Below are positions 1-9,979 of a DNA stretch of 64,000 nt, one piece after another (position 1 is the stretch's first letter; each line of letters begins with the position of its first letter). The notes beneath the pieces are model-generated. The model worked only from the letters and a program-made list of their open reading frames with translations. It was not told the origin of the DNA and did no database searches. The translations under genes were made by a program, and so were the position numbers. The DNA is taken from the NCBI GenBank assembly GCA_963734585.1, contig CAVTHJ010000003.1, positions 156,005 to 220,004 of the forward strand, given 5' to 3'. Source of the stretch: an uncultured beta proteobacterium (GTDB lineage: Bacteria > Pseudomonadota > Gammaproteobacteria > Burkholderiales > Gallionellaceae).

Positions 1-823
1 CGGTCGTGCCCGCCACATCGAGCGAGGAACCGGCCAACGAGATCGCGGCCGGCGTCGGATTGAATGTCGCCGACGTCACCGGTGTCACCGGTGTCGCGAG
101 CGTGCCGTTGGTATTGAAGGTCATCGCCGTCATCGGCGTTCCTGCCGCAGGCACTGCGTTGCCGTCCACGGTCAGATAAGTGTTCCAGGTGTTCGCCGCC
201 GTCTTGGCGAAATACAGCGAGGCCACGTGGCTGCCGCCCAGGCTGTCGTACACCGTCATCGAAGTGGAACTGTTGAAGGTCGCTGCATTAGTCGGGTTGA
301 ATGCGGGCGCCGCCGGAATGATCGTCGTGCGCGCATCCAGATTGAGGCCGGCGTTGACCGTGGTGGTTTGTTTGGGCAGCAGGTCGGCAGTGGATATCTG
401 CAGATCGGCAGGCGCGGTCGCCACAATCTGTCCCAATGCATTCGGCAGGTAACCCGTCAGCCGATGGCCCTGGCTGTTGACGATGAAGCCGTTCTTGTCC
501 AGCTGGAACTGCCCGTTGCGCGAATACGAGATCGCCCCGTTGTTGTTCAGCCGGTAGAAACCGCCGCCGCTGATCGCCATGTCCAGCGAGTTGTTGGTGG
601 CGGTGATGTTGCCCTGCGAGAACTGCTGCGCCACTGCCACCACCCGCGTGCCGAGACCGGCCTGGGCCGAGCCGGAACCCGCCAGCGAACTGGCATAGAC
701 ATCGGCGAATTGCGCCTGCGACGCCTTGAAGCCGGCGGTGGTGGCGTTCGCCACGTTGTTGCCGATCGCATCCAGATTCTTGGCTGCCGCATTCAGACCG
801 CTCAGACCTTGTTGGAAACCCAT
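1..823 (-). CDS. flgE: Flagellar hook protein FlgE (5' part; runs off window start)
   Basis: ATG at 823 reads MGFQQGLSGLNAAAKNLDAIGNNVANATTAGFK; later LDMAISGGGF and YSRNGQF motifs; follows flgD. Confidence 0.93.
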   Translation of the reverse strand, partial: MGFQQGLSGLNAAAKNLDAIGNNVANATTAGFKASQAQFADVYASSLAGSGSAQAGLGTRVVAVAQQFSQGNITATNNSLDMAISGGGFYRLNNNGAISYSRNGQFQLDKNGFIVNSQGHRLTGYLPNALGQIVATAPADLQISTADLLPKQTTTVNAGLNLDARTTIIPAAPAFNPTNAATFNSSTSMTVYDSLGGSHVASLYFAKTAANTWNTYLTVDGNAVPAAGTPMTAMTFNTNGTLATPVTPVTSATFNPTPAAISLAGSSLDVAGTT

Positions 824-870
824 GTCATCCTCCTGTTAGTATCGATCACGCGCGCGTGGCGCAACACTCA

Positions 871-1530
871 TCACAAAATCCTGCGGACTGCATCCAGCCC
901 GACATCCCCGAGACTACCCATGCTCAACTTGGCGCCGTCCGGAGTCAGCGACACACTGCCCACCAGACCGTAAGACAAAGTCGTCGGCGTACTCTTGCTG
1001 CCATTCAACTCGGCTGTCGCAGAAAACTTGTAGCTGCCGTTCGCCACCGTTGCGCCGGTGTCGTCCTTGCCATCCCATTTGAAATCGACGACGCCCGCAT
1101 CCTGCGCGCCCAGTTGCAAGGTGCGCACTACGTTGCCATTGGCGTCCTGTACCGTCACCGTGACCTTGTCCGCCGGCTGGGTCAGTTCCACTGCCGCATC
1201 CGACTTGCCGTTCAGCAGATCGATCTGGCTGCCGGGAACCAATGCCGCATGTCCGATCATGGCTGCGGCCTGCAAGGATTGCGCCGCGGTCATGTTGGCG
1301 CTCAGCGCCTGCACCGTGGCGTTCAGTTTGTCGATGCCGCTCACCGTGGAAAGCTGCGCCATCTGCGAGGTGACTTGCGCGTTGTCCAGCGGATTGAGCG
1401 GATCCTGGTTCTTCATCTGCGTCACCAGCAGTTTCAGGAAACGATCCTGCGTCGCGCCCACCTGCGAACTTGCCGCCGAGGCAGCTTGCGCGGCGGTGGT
1501 GGAGCTGTTGTTTTGAACGGAAGCGACCAT
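871..1530 (-). CDS. flgD: Flagellar hook capping protein FlgD
   Basis: [31 protein letters not shown] signature; FKWDGKDD Ig-like motif. Confidence 0.95.
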   Translation of the reverse strand: MVASVQNNSSTTAAQAASAASSQVGATQDRFLKLLVTQMKNQDPLNPLDNAQVTSQMAQLSTVSGIDKLNATVQALSANMTAAQSLQAAAMIGHAALVPGSQIDLLNGKSDAAVELTQPADKVTVTVQDANGNVVRTLQLGAQDAGVVDFKWDGKDDTGATVANGSYKFSATAELNGSKSTPTTLSYGLVGSVSLTPDGAKLSMGSLGDVGLDAVRRIL

Positions 1531-1543
1531 TTATCTATCTCCT

Positions 1544-1949
1544 TTATTGTCCGATGGTGAGCGTCTTGAGCAGCAAGGTCTTGGAGGTGTTCATCACATC
1601 CACGTTGTTCTGGTACGAGCGCGAGGCCGAGATCATGTTCACCATCTCGTCCACCGGGTTCACGTTGGGCATGGTCACGTAGCCCTGCGCATCCGCCAGT
1701 CGGATGCTTGGGGTCGTACACCATCTTCATCGGCGACGCATCCTCGACCACCGCCGACACCTTGACCCCCGCGCCCGGCTGCCCGGCGATGGGCGTGGTG
1801 CTGAACACCACCTGCTTGGCGTGATAGGGCTTGCCGTCCGGACCGGTGGCGCTGTCGGCGTTGGCCAGGTTGCTCGCCACCACGTTCAGGCGCTGCGACT
1901 GCGCCGTCATGGCGGAGCCGGAAATATTGAAGATATTAAATAGTGACAT
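1544..1949 (-). CDS. flgC: Basal-body rod protein FlgC (one frameshift near 1700)
   Basis: N-term [30 protein letters not shown]; C-term [23 protein letters not shown] lies in another frame; span is 3n+1. Confidence 0.9.
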
Positions 1950-1965
1950 TTTGTTTCTCCTTTTA

Positions 1966-2027
1966 CCCTCTCCTCAATCCTCTCCCGCAAGCGTGCGAGG
2001 AAGCGAACGAGAAAGGCAATCTTTAAA
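1966..2027 (+). repeat. Degenerate REP-like element (CCCTCTCC...CTCTCCCGCAAGCG.G.GAGG type)
   Basis: CCCTCTCCTCAATCCTCTCCCGCAAGCGTGCGAGGAAG in the flgB-flgC spacer resembles the CCCTCTCCCGCAAGCGGGAGAGGG palindromic repeats I recall from proteobacteria; only one copy in the window. Confidence 0.4.
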
Positions 2028-2028
2028 C

Positions 2029-2433
2029 CTAGCCTTGCAAAGCCGCCAACACGTCTTTCGCTTCATCGCTGACAAAACGGACGCTGGCCTCGTAACGCAA
2101 CGCGTTGTCGGCGAACTGCGCCCGTTCCACATCCATATCCACCGTGTTGCCGTCCGCACTCGGCTGCAACGGCGTGCGGTACATGACCGGCGCACCCAGC
2201 ACGCTGTCGCCTGCCGCTCCCGACAGATGGCGCGACGAAGTCGTCGCCACCGACAGCTTGTCGCCGCTCCCGCCCAATGCGCCTTGCAGGGCACTGGCAA
2301 AATCGATGTCCCGCGCCTTGTAGTTAGGCGTATCGGCATTGGCGATGTTGGACGCGATCAACTCCTGCCGCGCCGCGCGCAGATTCAGCGCCGTCTGGTG
2401 GAACCGGAACATATCGTCTATCCTGCTGCTCAT
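2029..2433 (-). CDS. flgB: Basal-body rod protein FlgB
   Basis: RQELIASNIANADTPNYKARDIDF and DGNTVDMDVE motifs. Confidence 0.96.
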   Translation of the reverse strand: MSSRIDDMFRFHQTALNLRAARQELIASNIANADTPNYKARDIDFASALQGALGGSGDKLSVATTSSRHLSGAAGDSVLGAPVMYRTPLQPSADGNTVDMDVERAQFADNALRYEASVRFVSDEAKDVLAALQG

Positions 2434-2472
2434 CGCACCCTCCCGCCTTTCCAGGCTTTACTCACGACTCGC

Positions 2473-2533
2473 ATACTAATCAGCGCGTGTCAGGCCCTAT
2501 CTGCCGATTAAGGGTAGAAACCCGTTTTATTTC
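2473..2533 (-). promoter_or_regulatory. Putative FlhDC-dependent class II promoter (flgB/flgA divergent region)
   Basis: Imperfect inverted repeat GATTAA-N15-TTATTTC lying 28 bp from a TAGTAT -10; the same geometry occurs upstream of flhA and flhB. Confidence 0.5.
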
Positions 2534-2571
2534 CCCCTTTAGAAAACCCCTGCCGGTCGCACAATGTCGCC

Positions 2572-3258
2572 ATGAAAAAGCTATGCCCCGCATTGATCGC
2601 GCTCCTGCTCTGCGCCGCACCCGTCTGGGCGGCGGACACGCAAAGCCATGCCCGGATACGCGAGGTAGCACTGGCTTATGCAAAAGCCCAGACGCAGTCG
2701 CTGCCCGGCAAGGTCAGCATCAAGGTCGGAAGACATCGACCGCCGCATCGTCACTGCCCGCCTGCAACGCGCTCGAAGCCTTTGTGCCGGGCGGCTCGCA
2801 GTTGATCGGGCAAGACCAGCATCGGCGTGCGCTGCAACGAGAAGCCCGGCTGGTCGATCTTCGTGCAGGCAAACATCAGGGTCAGCAGCGACCTGCTGGT
2901 CGCCAACCGGCCGCTGGCACAGAACACGGTGCTGAGCGCAAATGATTTCAGCCTGCAAAGCGGCGAACTGGGACAACCCGGCATCCTGACCGATCCGGCA
3001 CAGGCCATCGGCAAGACACTCAAGTTTGCGATCGGCGCGGGACAGGTATTGCGCCAGGACATGCTGCGCGCACCCTTCGTCGTCACCCAGGGACAAACGG
3101 CGGAAGTGCGGGTACGCGGTGCAGGGTTCTCCATCCGCTCGGCGGGACAGGCGCTCAACAATGCCGCCGCAGGACAAAGCGTGCAGGTGCGCATGTCTTC
3201 CGGCCAGGTCGTCAGCGGCACGGCGACCGCGGACGGCAGCGTGGAAGTGCGCCCCTGA
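2572..3258 (+). CDS. flgA: P-ring chaperone FlgA (internal frameshifts ~2730-2810)
   Basis: Signal peptide; LPACNALEAF, GVRCNEKPGWSIFV, GQALNNAAAGQSVQVRMSSGQVVSG; divergent from flgB. Confidence 0.88.
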
Positions 3259-3292
3259 AGAGACTATAATTAACAACAGTTTAAAAGCACCC

Positions 3293-3319
3293 TAAAGTTT
3301 AGCGATCACTTGCCGATGT
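3293..3319 (+). promoter_or_regulatory. Sigma28 (FliA) promoter of flgM
   Basis: TAAAGTTT-N11-GCCGATGT, near-consensus, 35 bp before flgM. Confidence 0.85.
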
Positions 3320-3354
3320 AGTACCTAACCGAGTCAGTGAAAAGGGGAATACCC

Positions 3355-3675
3355 ATGAAGATCGAAAAGACCAGCAAGCCGTTGCCCGCCTCCCAGATCG
3401 GGGAAGCGACTTCGCGCAACCCCGCGGCGCGCACCGACGGGCAACCAGACTGCCGCCAGCCGAGAACAGCGGAACCAGCGTGCATCTGGGTTCCACCACC
3501 GCGCAGCTGCGCAGCATCGAAAGCAGCATGGCCAGCACCCCGCTGGTGGATGCCAACAAGGTCGCCGAGATCAAACAAGCCATCAGCAGAGGGGCGCTTC
3601 CAGGTGAACTCCGGCGTGGTGGCTGATCGCTTGATCAGCACGGTGCAAGACCTGATTGCGGCGAGCAAGCATTGA
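3355..3675 (+). CDS. flgM: Anti-sigma28 factor FlgM (internal compensating frameshifts)
   Basis: Alternate frame gives VDANKVAEIKQAI, joining EGRFQVNSGVVADRLI; lies between flgA and flgN. Confidence 0.88.
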   Translation: MKIEKTSKPLPASQIGEATSRNPAARTDGQPDCRQPRTAEPACIWVPPPRSCAASKAAWPAPRWWMPTRSPRSNKPSAEGRFQVNSGVVADRLISTVQDLIAASKH

Positions 3676-4145
3676 CCGACAAACCGACAGATACTGCAAC
3701 GACAGAGTTTCTGTCCAACCTGAACGACGAATGTGCCGCCTTGCGCGCATTCGTCGTTTTGCTTGAGAACGAGCAACGCACCCTGCTCGGCCAGCACACC
3801 GAAGAACTGCTGCCCCTGGCCGAAGCCAAGATACAACTCGCCAACAAGATCACCGCGCTTTCCGAAGCGCGTCAGCGTTTCCTGCCGCAAGAAACGCGCG
3901 ACACGGTGGAATGGCTCAAACGGAACATCCCGCAGGGATTGCCGATATGGCATGAAGCCCGCCAACTGGCGATGCACGTCCAGCGTCTCAACCAGACCAA
4001 CGGCGAACTAATCCAGATCAAACTGCGCTACAACCAGCAAGCACTCGGCGTACTCTACAGCGCAGCCCAGAGCGCCGCCGGCCTGTACGGCGCAGACGGC
4101 CAACCCAACCTGCCCAGCGCAAGCCGCACGCTCGGCAGCGTCTAA
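3672..4145 (+). CDS. flgN: Flagellar export chaperone FlgN
   Basis: LLENEQRTL...RLNQTNGELI...LYGADG pattern; overlaps the flgM stop. Confidence 0.88.
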   Translation: MTDKPTDTATTEFLSNLNDECAALRAFVVLLENEQRTLLGQHTEELLPLAEAKIQLANKITALSEARQRFLPQETRDTVEWLKRNIPQGLPIWHEARQLAMHVQRLNQTNGELIQIKLRYNQQALGVLYSAAQSAAGLYGADGQPNLPSASRTLGSV

Positions 4146-4327
4146 ACGAATCTCGCTGTGCTCTAAAGTAATACTGATCTATTCCGTTCGAGGTGAGCTT
4201 GGATTTGGGCGGCTATCTTCAACGGCTGAAATACACCTCAAAAGAGACATTCAAAACCTGTGGATTGATGAGGTTCGAACGTCGCTTCCTAACCCAAAGC
4301 AGTCATAGAAGATTCCCGATAGCGGAC

Positions 4328-4382
4328 ACTCAACGTGAAGTTGAGGAGCTGCGCTTTTGCGCCGTCCCGCTCCTTATGAGGC
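4328..4382 (-). mobile_element. Degenerate integron attC site (3' of the 4374-4823 cassette gene)
   Basis: Minus strand GCCTCATAA-GGAGCGGGACGGCGCAAAAGCGCAGCT-CCTCAACTTCAC-GTTGAGT: R'' overlaps the stop codon, R' fits GTTRRRY, L'' segment appears deleted. Confidence 0.6.
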
Positions 4383-4823
4383 ATTGTCTGTAACCATTTC
4401 AATCGAAATACCGTAAACCTTTTGCACAAGCGTTCTGATTTCTCCAGCATCTTTCACTGGGCAAGAAAAAACAATTTTTGCGTTAGATACCCATGAATAC
4501 TTGAGTTGATTCCGACAGTATCCTGCAAATATTACCATGGCATTTTCTGGGTCTTTTATATGCGATTTCTTGGATATAAGAAGATAGTCGCCATAAGGAG
4601 CTTGGCCTGATTCACTTACAGAATGAAACTCAAAAACAGTGAATTCATTACTTGGAGATGAAGCATGAGATTTTTCTGTGTAATAGGTGTGTTGGATAAA
4701 CTCTGCCCCCAAATTAATTACCAACCACATAGAAATTACCAACCATGGCAACCTTCTTGCAATAAATATTTTAAATTTATCCAACAGACCTTTATTCATG
4801 CCATGTTCTTTTCTTTGCCTCAT
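4374..4823 (-). CDS. Hypothetical membrane-anchored protein (gene cassette ORF)
   Basis: AT-rich 149-aa ORF with one N-terminal hydrophobic helix; its ATG sits inside the attC core GTTATG. Confidence 0.7.
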   Translation of the reverse strand: MRQRKEHGMNKGLLDKFKIFIARRLPWLVISMWLVINLGAEFIQHTYYTEKSHASSPSNEFTVFEFHSVSESGQAPYGDYLLISKKSHIKDPENAMVIFAGYCRNQLKYSWVSNAKIVFSCPVKDAGEIRTLVQKVYGISIEMVTDNAS

Positions 4824-4897
4824 AACGTGGGGCTAAGGGGCGCGCCGAAGGTGCGTCCCAGCGACCAAAGGGGGCGAACTTGAGCGCAAGGTTAGGC
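4820..4897 (-). mobile_element. Integron attC site (78 bp)
   Basis: Minus strand GCCTAAC-CTTGCGCTCAAG-TTCGCCCCCTTTGGTCGCTGGGACGCACCTTCGGCGCGCC-CCTTAGC-CCCAC-GTTATGA: R''/L''/L'/R' boxes and a central imperfect palindrome. Confidence 0.85.
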
Positions 4898-4916
4898 ATT
4901 TTATAGCCCTGTAGTT

Positions 4917-5333
4917 TTATTCGCGGCACGGCATTCCATTCGCTCTAAAAACATCACACACGTTTTTGCCAACATACTCTTGAGGCCAGACAATGTTTTG
5001 TTGTGCGTCTGGATCACTTGCCAGTACCTCAAATGCCATCAGCACCTGATACTTCATGCCCTCGGCATCAGTGGTTGCCGGGTGGCTTGGCATTTTCCAC
5101 CAGAACCAGACTTCTTTTCCTTTGCTCCCTTTGTACCAACTCACAGCTCCGTGGCCTTGGCACCACATTCCAAACTTGGCTGCTAGATCGCCAAGGGTTA
5201 TGGTACCCGACAATTTTTTTACAGCATCAACGGAAATGGGTTGCCCACATTCAGAGGCCCGAGCGACCACCGTTTGAGACAGCAGAAGAATCAAAAAGGC
5301 AGCGCGCAAACTTTCGATAACCATTTGATTCAT
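4917..5333 (-). CDS. Hypothetical secreted protein (gene cassette ORF)
   Basis: Lower-GC ORF with signal-peptide-like N-terminus (…LLLSQTVVARA/SEC) and 4 Cys; attC starts 20 bp after the stop. Start codon uncertain. Confidence 0.65.
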   Translation of the reverse strand: MNQMVIESLRAAFLILLLSQTVVARASECGQPISVDAVKKLSGTITLGDLAAKFGMWCQGHGAVSWYKGSKGKEVWFWWKMPSHPATTDAEGMKYQVLMAFEVLASDPDAQQNIVWPQEYVGKNVCDVFRANGMPCRE

Positions 5334-5561
5334 CAGCGCCCCCAAAAAATCGACTGTCCGCATATGCGTAATAGTACGGGCGTGGGCCAATGTCTCCTGT
5401 TGGCCGATCTGAGACCTACGACATAATCATCGGCCAGTGGCCGCTTCTATGCCGATAACAGACGAACGCTACCTGACCGCCAGACAAAGAACAATATGCA
5501 TTTTGGTCTATATATCTACTCTGCCCGGCAGCGACCAAGCGGTTCACTTTGCGATTCTGAT

Positions 5562-6347
5562 TTATTGCTGCTCTGTAGATGGCGGAGTCGCTAGCGCCAG
5601 CTCCGCTTCCGGCTCGGGTGCCAGCACGGTGATGGTCACGCGCCGGTTGCGGGCGCGGCCTTCGGGGGTGTCGTTGGGCAGCACGGGGTGATTGTCCGCC
5701 GCGCCTGCGGCGGTCAGGCGTTTGGCAACGATGCCCTGCTCGATGAACAGGCGCACCACGCTGCAGGCGCGTGCCGATGACAGTTCCCAGTTGGAGGGAA
5801 ATTTGGCGGTGCTGATGGGCAGGTTGTCGGTGTGCCCTTCCACTTCGATGGCGAACTCGTTCTCGGCCAGCACCTGCGCCGCATCGGCCAGCGTCTTCTT
5901 CGCTTCCGGCTGGATGTCCGCTTCGCCCTGGTTGAACAGCGCGCTGGCATTGATCTCCAGTTCTACGCCGCGGCCGGTCTGCGTGACATTCATCTGTCCG
6001 TTTTTGACGAACTGGGCCATCGCCTGGTCGAGATTCCTGGCGAGGTTCTGCATGCGCTCGTTCTGCTTGCGCTGCTTTTCGGCCAGGCGCGCGTTGCGCC
6101 GGTCAACCAGCGATTTGAAATAGATCTCTTCTTCGCTCAGGTGCAGCGTGCCGCCTTCTGCTGCATTGCCGTTGGCACCGAAAGCTTTATTGACAGAGAC
6201 GCTGAAGACTTTGTATTTGCCCTCGTTCACCGAGGAGATGCCGTACATCACCACGAAGAAGGCGAACAGCAGGGTGATGAAGTCGGCGTAGGAGACCATC
6301 CAGCGCTCGTGATTGTCGTGCTCCGCTCTTTTCGGACGGCGCGCCAT
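5562..6347 (-). CDS. motD: Flagellar stator B subunit MotD (MotB family)
   Basis: ERWMVSYADFITLLFAFFVVMY; OmpA-like VEGHTDN...SNWELSSARA...NRRV. Confidence 0.92.
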   Translation of the reverse strand: MARRPKRAEHDNHERWMVSYADFITLLFAFFVVMYGISSVNEGKYKVFSVSVNKAFGANGNAAEGGTLHLSEEEIYFKSLVDRRNARLAEKQRKQNERMQNLARNLDQAMAQFVKNGQMNVTQTGRGVELEINASALFNQGEADIQPEAKKTLADAAQVLAENEFAIEVEGHTDNLPISTAKFPSNWELSSARACSVVRLFIEQGIVAKRLTAAGAADNHPVLPNDTPEGRARNRRVTITVLAPEPEAELALATPPSTEQQ

Positions 6348-6348
6348 C

Positions 6349-7091
6349 TTATGCGACGTAGCCCTTCAGCTTGTTCTCGATGAAGCGCGGGTTCTCGGCA
6401 TTGGCGATCATGCACAGGCCGTCGATCAGCATCTCGCGCATGCTCACCTGCTGCGCGATGAGGATCTTCAACTTGCCGGCGATGGGCAGGAACAACAGGT
6501 TGGCGGAGCCCACGCCGTAGATGGTGGCGATGAAGGCGACCGCGATGCCCGCTCCCAGCTTGGCCGGTTCGCCCAGGCTCTGCATCACGTGCACCAGCCC
6601 CAGCACCGCACCGAGGATACCGATGGTGGGCGCGTAACCCGCGGCCGATTCCCACACGCGCGCCGATTGCCAGCGCAGGGTCTCGTAAGCTTTGCAGATC
6701 GACATCCAGTCACCTCGCGGATCTTCTCCGCGCTGTTGCCGTCCACCAGCATCTGCAGTCCTTTGTAGACGAAGGGGTCGTCGATGTTCTTGAGCTGCGC
6801 TTCCAGCGCCAGGATGCCGTCCTTGCGCGCGACACCGCCCCAGGCGGTGATCTGGTACGCCAGTTTTTGCGTATCGATGACCGGCGTGACGAACACCCAG
6901 CCTGCCATCCTGATGCCGGTCATGAACACGTTGAGCGGGTGATGCAGCATCACCGCGCCGATCGTGCCGCCGAACACGATGCAGAATGCCGCCACCTGCA
7001 GCAGCACCGAGACCGAGCCGCCCTCCAGCAGCTGCCCGCCGACGATCCCGACGACCGCAACCAGCATCCCGAACAGGCTGAGCTTGTCCAT
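6349..7091 (-). CDS. motC: Flagellar stator A subunit MotC (frameshift near 6705)
   Basis: MDKLSLFG...ARKDGILALE; C-terminal frame GYAPTIGILGAVLGL...ATIYGVGSANLLFLP. Confidence 0.88.
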
Positions 7092-7803
7092 CAGTATCCC
7101 TTCATCGAGGCACGCAGCCGCGCCACCGCCTGGCTATGCAGCTGGCACACGCGCGATTCGGAGACGCCCATCACTTCGCCGATCTCGCGCAGGTTCATGT
7201 CCTGCTCGTAGTGCATGCCCATCAACTGGCGCTCGCGTTCCGGCAGGCGTTCGATGGCATGGATGAGTGCGCTCGCGGAAACGCTCGTCCTGCAACAGTT
7301 CCAGCGGATTGCTGTCGCTGTCGAACGCGAAGCGGTCGAAGAAATCCTCGTCGTCCTCGCCGTGGAAATCCTCGTAATACAGCAGTTGCGCGCCGCGCGC
7401 TTCCTGCAGCATCTGCTGGTATTCCGCCAGGGACACGTCCAGCTCCTTGGCGATCTCGGTCTCGTTCGGCGTCCTGTCCCAGCTTCTGCTGCAGACGGCT
7501 GATCGCCGCTTCGATGCGGCGCATGTCGCGGCGCATGCTGCGCGGCAGCCAGTCCGCCCCGCGCAATTCGTCCAGCATCGCACCGCGGATGCGCTGTGCG
7601 GCATAGGTCTCGAACTGCGCGCCGCGCAACTCGTCGTAGCGGCTGGCCGCATCGAGCAGGCCCATCATCCCGGCCTGGATCAGGTCGTCCACTTCGACGC
7701 TGCCGGGAAGCTTGAGCATCATGTGATGCGCGATGCGCTTCACCAGGGGCGCATACTCCCTCAGGCATTCTTCCTTGTCGTTCAGTCCGTTCGGCGTGTA
7801 CAT
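7091..7803 (-). CDS. fliA: Flagellar sigma factor FliA (frameshifts ~7475 and ~7270)
   Basis: DDLIQAGMMGLL, FETYAAQRIRGAMLDELR..DW, and region 4 NLREIGEVMGVSESRVCQLHSQA, split over three frames. Confidence 0.92.
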
Positions 7804-7832
7804 GGCCTTCGTCTTAAGATTGGTGGCGATTC

Positions 7833-8728
7833 TCATAGGTGAACCGCCATTATGTTGTTGGCCGGGCGCGTCTGCCGCATCAGGCGCTGCATCACGCTGC
7901 CCAGCGCATCATGCCCTTCATCCGCCACCCGCGGCGCACGCAACAGACCCTGTGCGATCTCGCGCATCGCATAGGACGCCGGCGCCGCCGGAAACGCCTC
8001 GATCACCGGGCGGCCCAATTGTGTCGCACGTTTGAGCTTTTCATCAACCGGAATATGGCCCAGATACTCCAGATGCACCTGCAGGTGGCGGCGCGCGACC
8101 TGCGCCATATTGTCGAACACCGCCAGCGCTTCGCGTTCGCTGCCGACCTTGTTGACCACGATATCGAACGCCTGCCTGCCATTATGCATCGCCATCTGCT
8201 TGAGCAAGCGCATAACTTTCGGTGATGCCGCTGGCGGTGGCATTCAGCACCAGCAGCAACGGCTCGTCGCCGGACAGGCTGGCGCAGACCGAATGCCCGT
8301 CGCGCGCCGCATCCACCAGCACCACATCCATGTCCTGTGCGGCGGCGCTCAGCGACTCCAGCAAGCGCTCGCGCTGCGCCTCATCCAGTTTCGCGCAGGC
8401 TCTGTATCGCCCGCGCCACCGGCAATACGCGCACGCCTTCCGTGCCGCGCAGCATCACGTCCTGCCAGGTCTTGTCGCCGCGCACCACGTGCAGCAGGTC
8501 GTAGCGCGCCTTCAGGGCCAGCGTGTTCGCCACGTTGTCCTGCGACAGGTTCTCGTCCAGCACCAGCACGTCCTTGCCGGAGCTCCCCAGCACTGCCGCC
8601 AGGTTCACCACGATGCTGGTCGCGCCCAGTCCGTCGCGCGCGCCGACCACCGTCACCACGCGCGAGCTGGAGCGCGCCAGCAGGCGGCGCAGACCGGCCG
8701 CCTGATCATGCACAGAGTCAGATCGCAT
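7833..8728 (-). CDS. flhG: FlhG/FleN-like MinD-family protein (frameshifted)
   Basis: DQAAGLRRLL N-terminus; VLVLDEN; later frames DVVLVD, ITESYAL.K, IVVNKV, LGHIPVDE; lies between flhF and fliA. Confidence 0.82.
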
Positions 8729-9979
8729 ATTGCCTCCCGTCATCTCTGCGCGCTTGCCCATGCCGGCCATGAACACCGGCAGTTCCGCTTCCTGCATGGC
8801 GAACGCCGTGCTGTGTCTTGCCCACGTCCTTGAACACGCGATGCAGCAGATATTCCAGATTCACTTCGTGCAGGTCTTCCGGCACGCGCTGGCCGCTGGC
8901 GACGTAGTGCATGGTCAGCTTGTGGCGCACCACCACATCCAGCACCGTGCCCAGCGTCACCGCCTCGTCCAGCTTGGTCGGGATGCAGCCGATCACGCCG
9001 GTGCCGCCGTACATCTTCACCACATCGTCCAGCGTGCCGCCGGAGCTGGTGGCATTCAGCAACAGCAGGCGCTGCACGCCCACCGCATCGAACATCTGCG
9101 CCTGTTCCGCCACGCGGCTGTCGCGCTGCCCCATGCCCATGGTGTCGATCAGCACCAGATGCTTGTGCTTCAGGCCGGACAGGGTGAGCTTCAGGTCTTC
9201 GGTATCGCGCACGGCATGCACCGACACGCCGAGGATCTTGCCGTAGATCTTCAATTGTTCGTGCGCGCCGATACGGTAGCTGTCGGTGGTGACCAGCGCC
9301 ACCTTGTCCGCGCCGTAACGCACCACGGCACGCGCCGCCAGCTTGGCGGTGGTGGTGGTCTTGCCGACGCCGGTGGGACCGACCAGCGCATACACGCCGC
9401 CGCGCGCCACCACATCTTCCTGCACTGTCGCCACGCGCAGGTTGTGGCCGAGGATGCGGCGCAGCCAGTCGAGGCCGCCGTCGGCGGGGATCTTTTCCAG
9501 CAACTGGCGCGACAGCATCGGGCTGAAGCCGACATTGAGCATGTCGCGCAACAGGCCGCCGCGCGCGGGATCGCGCTGCTGCATGTCCGACCAGGACAGG
9601 CGCGCCATCTGTTCCTGCATCAGGTTGCGCATGGTCTTGATCTCGGACAGCAGCGTTTGCTGTTCTGCCGTCGTATCCCTGGTCTCGCGCACCACCGCAT
9701 GCTCGCGCTTGGTGTTCGCCTCCAGCACTTTCGCGCCCAGCGTGGCCGCCTGATGCGCGCCCTGCGGCGAGAGCTTGCCGGGACGCTGCCGGCTTGGCCG
9801 CATTCTCCTGCGTTCGCGTCTCGCTCAAGTGCGCCAACTCGGAACCGGCCACCGCCACGATCTCCACGCCTTCCGCCACTTTGCGGTTGGACAGGATCAC
9901 GGCGTCCTCGCCGAGTCTCGACGCGCACCAGCTTCAGTGCGTCGCGCGAACTGGCTGCGATAAATTTTCTGGCGTTCAT
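8718..9979 (-). CDS. flhF: SRP-family GTPase FlhF (frameshifted)
   Basis: [20 protein letters not shown]-terminus; GPTGVGKTTTTAKLAA, DSYRIGA, LIDTMG, TKLDE, GQRVPEDL. Confidence 0.92.

Noticed and set aside
76-96. Short tandem repeat GTCACCGGT x2
   Set aside because: Encodes a Thr-Pro-Val repeat within FlgE; too short to be meaningful.
8381-8797. Apparent FlhF-FlhG fusion
   Set aside because: The junction lies in the indel-rich zone, so a fusion cannot be told from a frameshift error.
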